Sequence record: MT478991.1
Strand: one strand, 5' to 3'
Source of the DNA: Escherichia phage vB_EcoM_011D4
DNA length: 64,000 nucleotides
Part shown: positions 63,020 to 64,000 of the stretch, piece after piece
Position numbering within the stretch: position 1 is the stretch's first letter
Layout of the letters: each line of letters starts with the position of its first letter
Position numbers and translations under genes: made by a program
Notes under the pieces: model-generated
Databases searched by the model: none
Told to the model about the DNA's origin: nothing
What the model saw: only the letters and a program-made list of their open reading frames with translations

Positions 63020-63218
63020 TCTTCACGGTCTCCATAATTGTTTTGTAAGCCAGTTTAAGATGATCACCGAAAAACTTTGCGGTGTTACCCTTCGGATCGC
63101 GGAGCATGGTTTCTACGATCTCATCGGCAGTAACAATTTCTCCTTTCTTTGCTGCATGTTCTACCATATACTTCAAAGTTTCTTCGGAAGCAAGTGCTGC
63201 CGCTACTGGATTAATCAT
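63009..63218 (-). CDS. Hypothetical protein (69 aa)
   Basis: First ORF after the promoter at 63249; CAAAGGAGAATCAAAA leader. Confidence 0.4.
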   Translation of the reverse strand: MINPVAAALASEETLKYMVEHAAKKGEIVTADEIVETMLRDPKGNTAKFFGDHLKLAYKTIMETVKNAK

Positions 63219-63248
63219 TTTTGATTCTCCTTTGTTGTCGATGTGTGC

Positions 63249-63277
63249 ATTATGCTATACACTATTCCGGTTGTCAA
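63249..63277 (-). promoter_or_regulatory. Sigma70-like early promoter (TTGACA-N17-CATAAT)
   Basis: - strand TTGACAaccggaatagtgtatagCATAATgcacacatc. Confidence 0.55.
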
Positions 63278-63280
63278 CAC

Positions 63281-63313
63281 CTAAAAACGAAAAAGCCACC
63301 CTTTAGGATGGCT
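63281..63313 (-). terminator. Rho-independent terminator (possibly bidirectional)
   Basis: - strand AGCCATCC-TAAA-GGGTGGCT followed by TTTTTCGTTTTT; the + strand hairpin is followed by TTTTGATT. Confidence 0.55.
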
Positions 63314-63546
63314 TTTGATTATATTTTATTCACGTCCATTTGTATAGTAGTGTTTGAATCGACCTTTGCTAAACTAGTTAAACATAGTAACCAATTCACC
63401 ATCCCTTTCCAATGATAACCCTTCCTCGTCTTAGACGGGTCTTCCGATTCGGCAGTAATTGAACACGCGAAAGTATGAGGAAGCCAAATAGTTGTGTTAA
63501 TGCTAGTATTCTTTTACTTATGGTATGCATCCCACGGTGACTAACA

Positions 63547-63945
63547 TTAAGCCAGTCGAGTGAGTTTATAAATTGTTTTAAAGCATAGAGCTTTGATATC
63601 GTCTAAAACGCTCTGTAACGAGCTATCAACATCATTATAAATCTCACTAGCCATTTGCGTTAACTCTTGCAAATAGGCAATTTCGCTAATCTCCTTGCGG
63701 ACGACCAACTTTGGCTGATAACGACCAGTGATCCCAATATTGGTTTCAGTGAAATCATCAACCAATTCTTGCATTTCAAGATAGAACTCTTCTAGAGCCT
63801 TATGTTTTGCATAAGATCCAGGACCAGTTACCCCAAAATGCGCAGAATGCATATAAGTAACACTCATCAGACATTCACCGATAAAGCGGTCAACTTTATT
63901 AGCCTTTCCCTCTTCGGACGTCTTTAGAAAATCACTGAATTTCAT
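63547..63945 (-). CDS. Hypothetical protein (about 133 aa)
   Basis: ORF at the window edge; internal ATG at 63945 (MKFSDFLK...) preferred over the track start; followed by about 230 nt without an ORF of 60 aa or more. Confidence 0.4.
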   Translation of the reverse strand: MKFSDFLKTSEEGKANKVDRFIGECLMSVTYMHSAHFGVTGPGSYAKHKALEEFYLEMQELVDDFTETNIGITGRYQPKLVVRKEISEIAYLQELTQMASEIYNDVDSSLQSVLDDIKALCFKTIYKLTRLA

Positions 63946-64000
63946 GTTCTCGATTCTCCATATTATGCAACAGAACAAATTGTTGTGCGGCATATCCCCC

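Noticed and set aside
10285-63280. Repeated short motifs (TGTCAAC, GGGAGTATCTTACTACTCCC, TTGATTCTCCTT) considered as a possible CRISPR array or other tandem repeat.
   Set aside because: Copies are irregularly spaced (hundreds to thousands of bp), each precedes a gene start, and they parse as -35/-10 promoter elements plus ribosome-binding leaders on the - strand.
63314-63546. Possible tRNA gene in the long non-coding stretch.
   Set aside because: No cloverleaf-compatible TpsiC arm (GTTCRANYC) or acceptor pairing found by eye; retained only as an unexplained non-coding region.

Overview
This 64 kb window is a T4-like (Tevenvirinae-type) myovirus genome segment. On the + strand (1-7.2 kb) lies the long-tail-fibre module: the gp34 C-terminus, gp35, gp36, gp37 (with a C-terminal intramolecular-chaperone-like domain) and holin t, with a TATAAATA late promoter and hairpin/T-run terminators. 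Everything from 7.2 kb to 64 kb is on the - strand and follows the T4 early/replication gene order: gp52, rIIB, rIIA, unsplit gp39, dexA, dda, gp56, gp61, gp41, gp40-like, uvsX, gp43, regA, gp62, gp44, gp45, gp46, gp47, gp55, nrdG, nrdD, gp49, nrdC-like and dam. Between these lie many small ORFs, each typically served by its own sigma70-like early promoter (TTGACA-N16/17-TATAAT-like), often with a palindrome in the promoter and a near-identical leader AAGGAGAATCAAA-ATG. The main observations are: several paralogous gene families in the hyperplastic regions (one domain module present about 10 times in 7 genes); a glycine-rich T2-type gp38-like adhesin gene lying about 55 kb from gp37 on the opposite strand; a signal-peptide-bearing LprI/DUF1311-like periplasmic protein; a 43-aa helix-turn-helix mini-gene between rIIA and rIIB; a 489-aa N-terminal P-loop NTPase of unknown function after gp55; and no beta-gt/42/imm between uvsX and gp43. 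All calls rest on reading the translations and DNA by eye and on recalled family motifs; no database search was run. The ORF track accepts GTG/TTG starts, so 5' ends are approximate.
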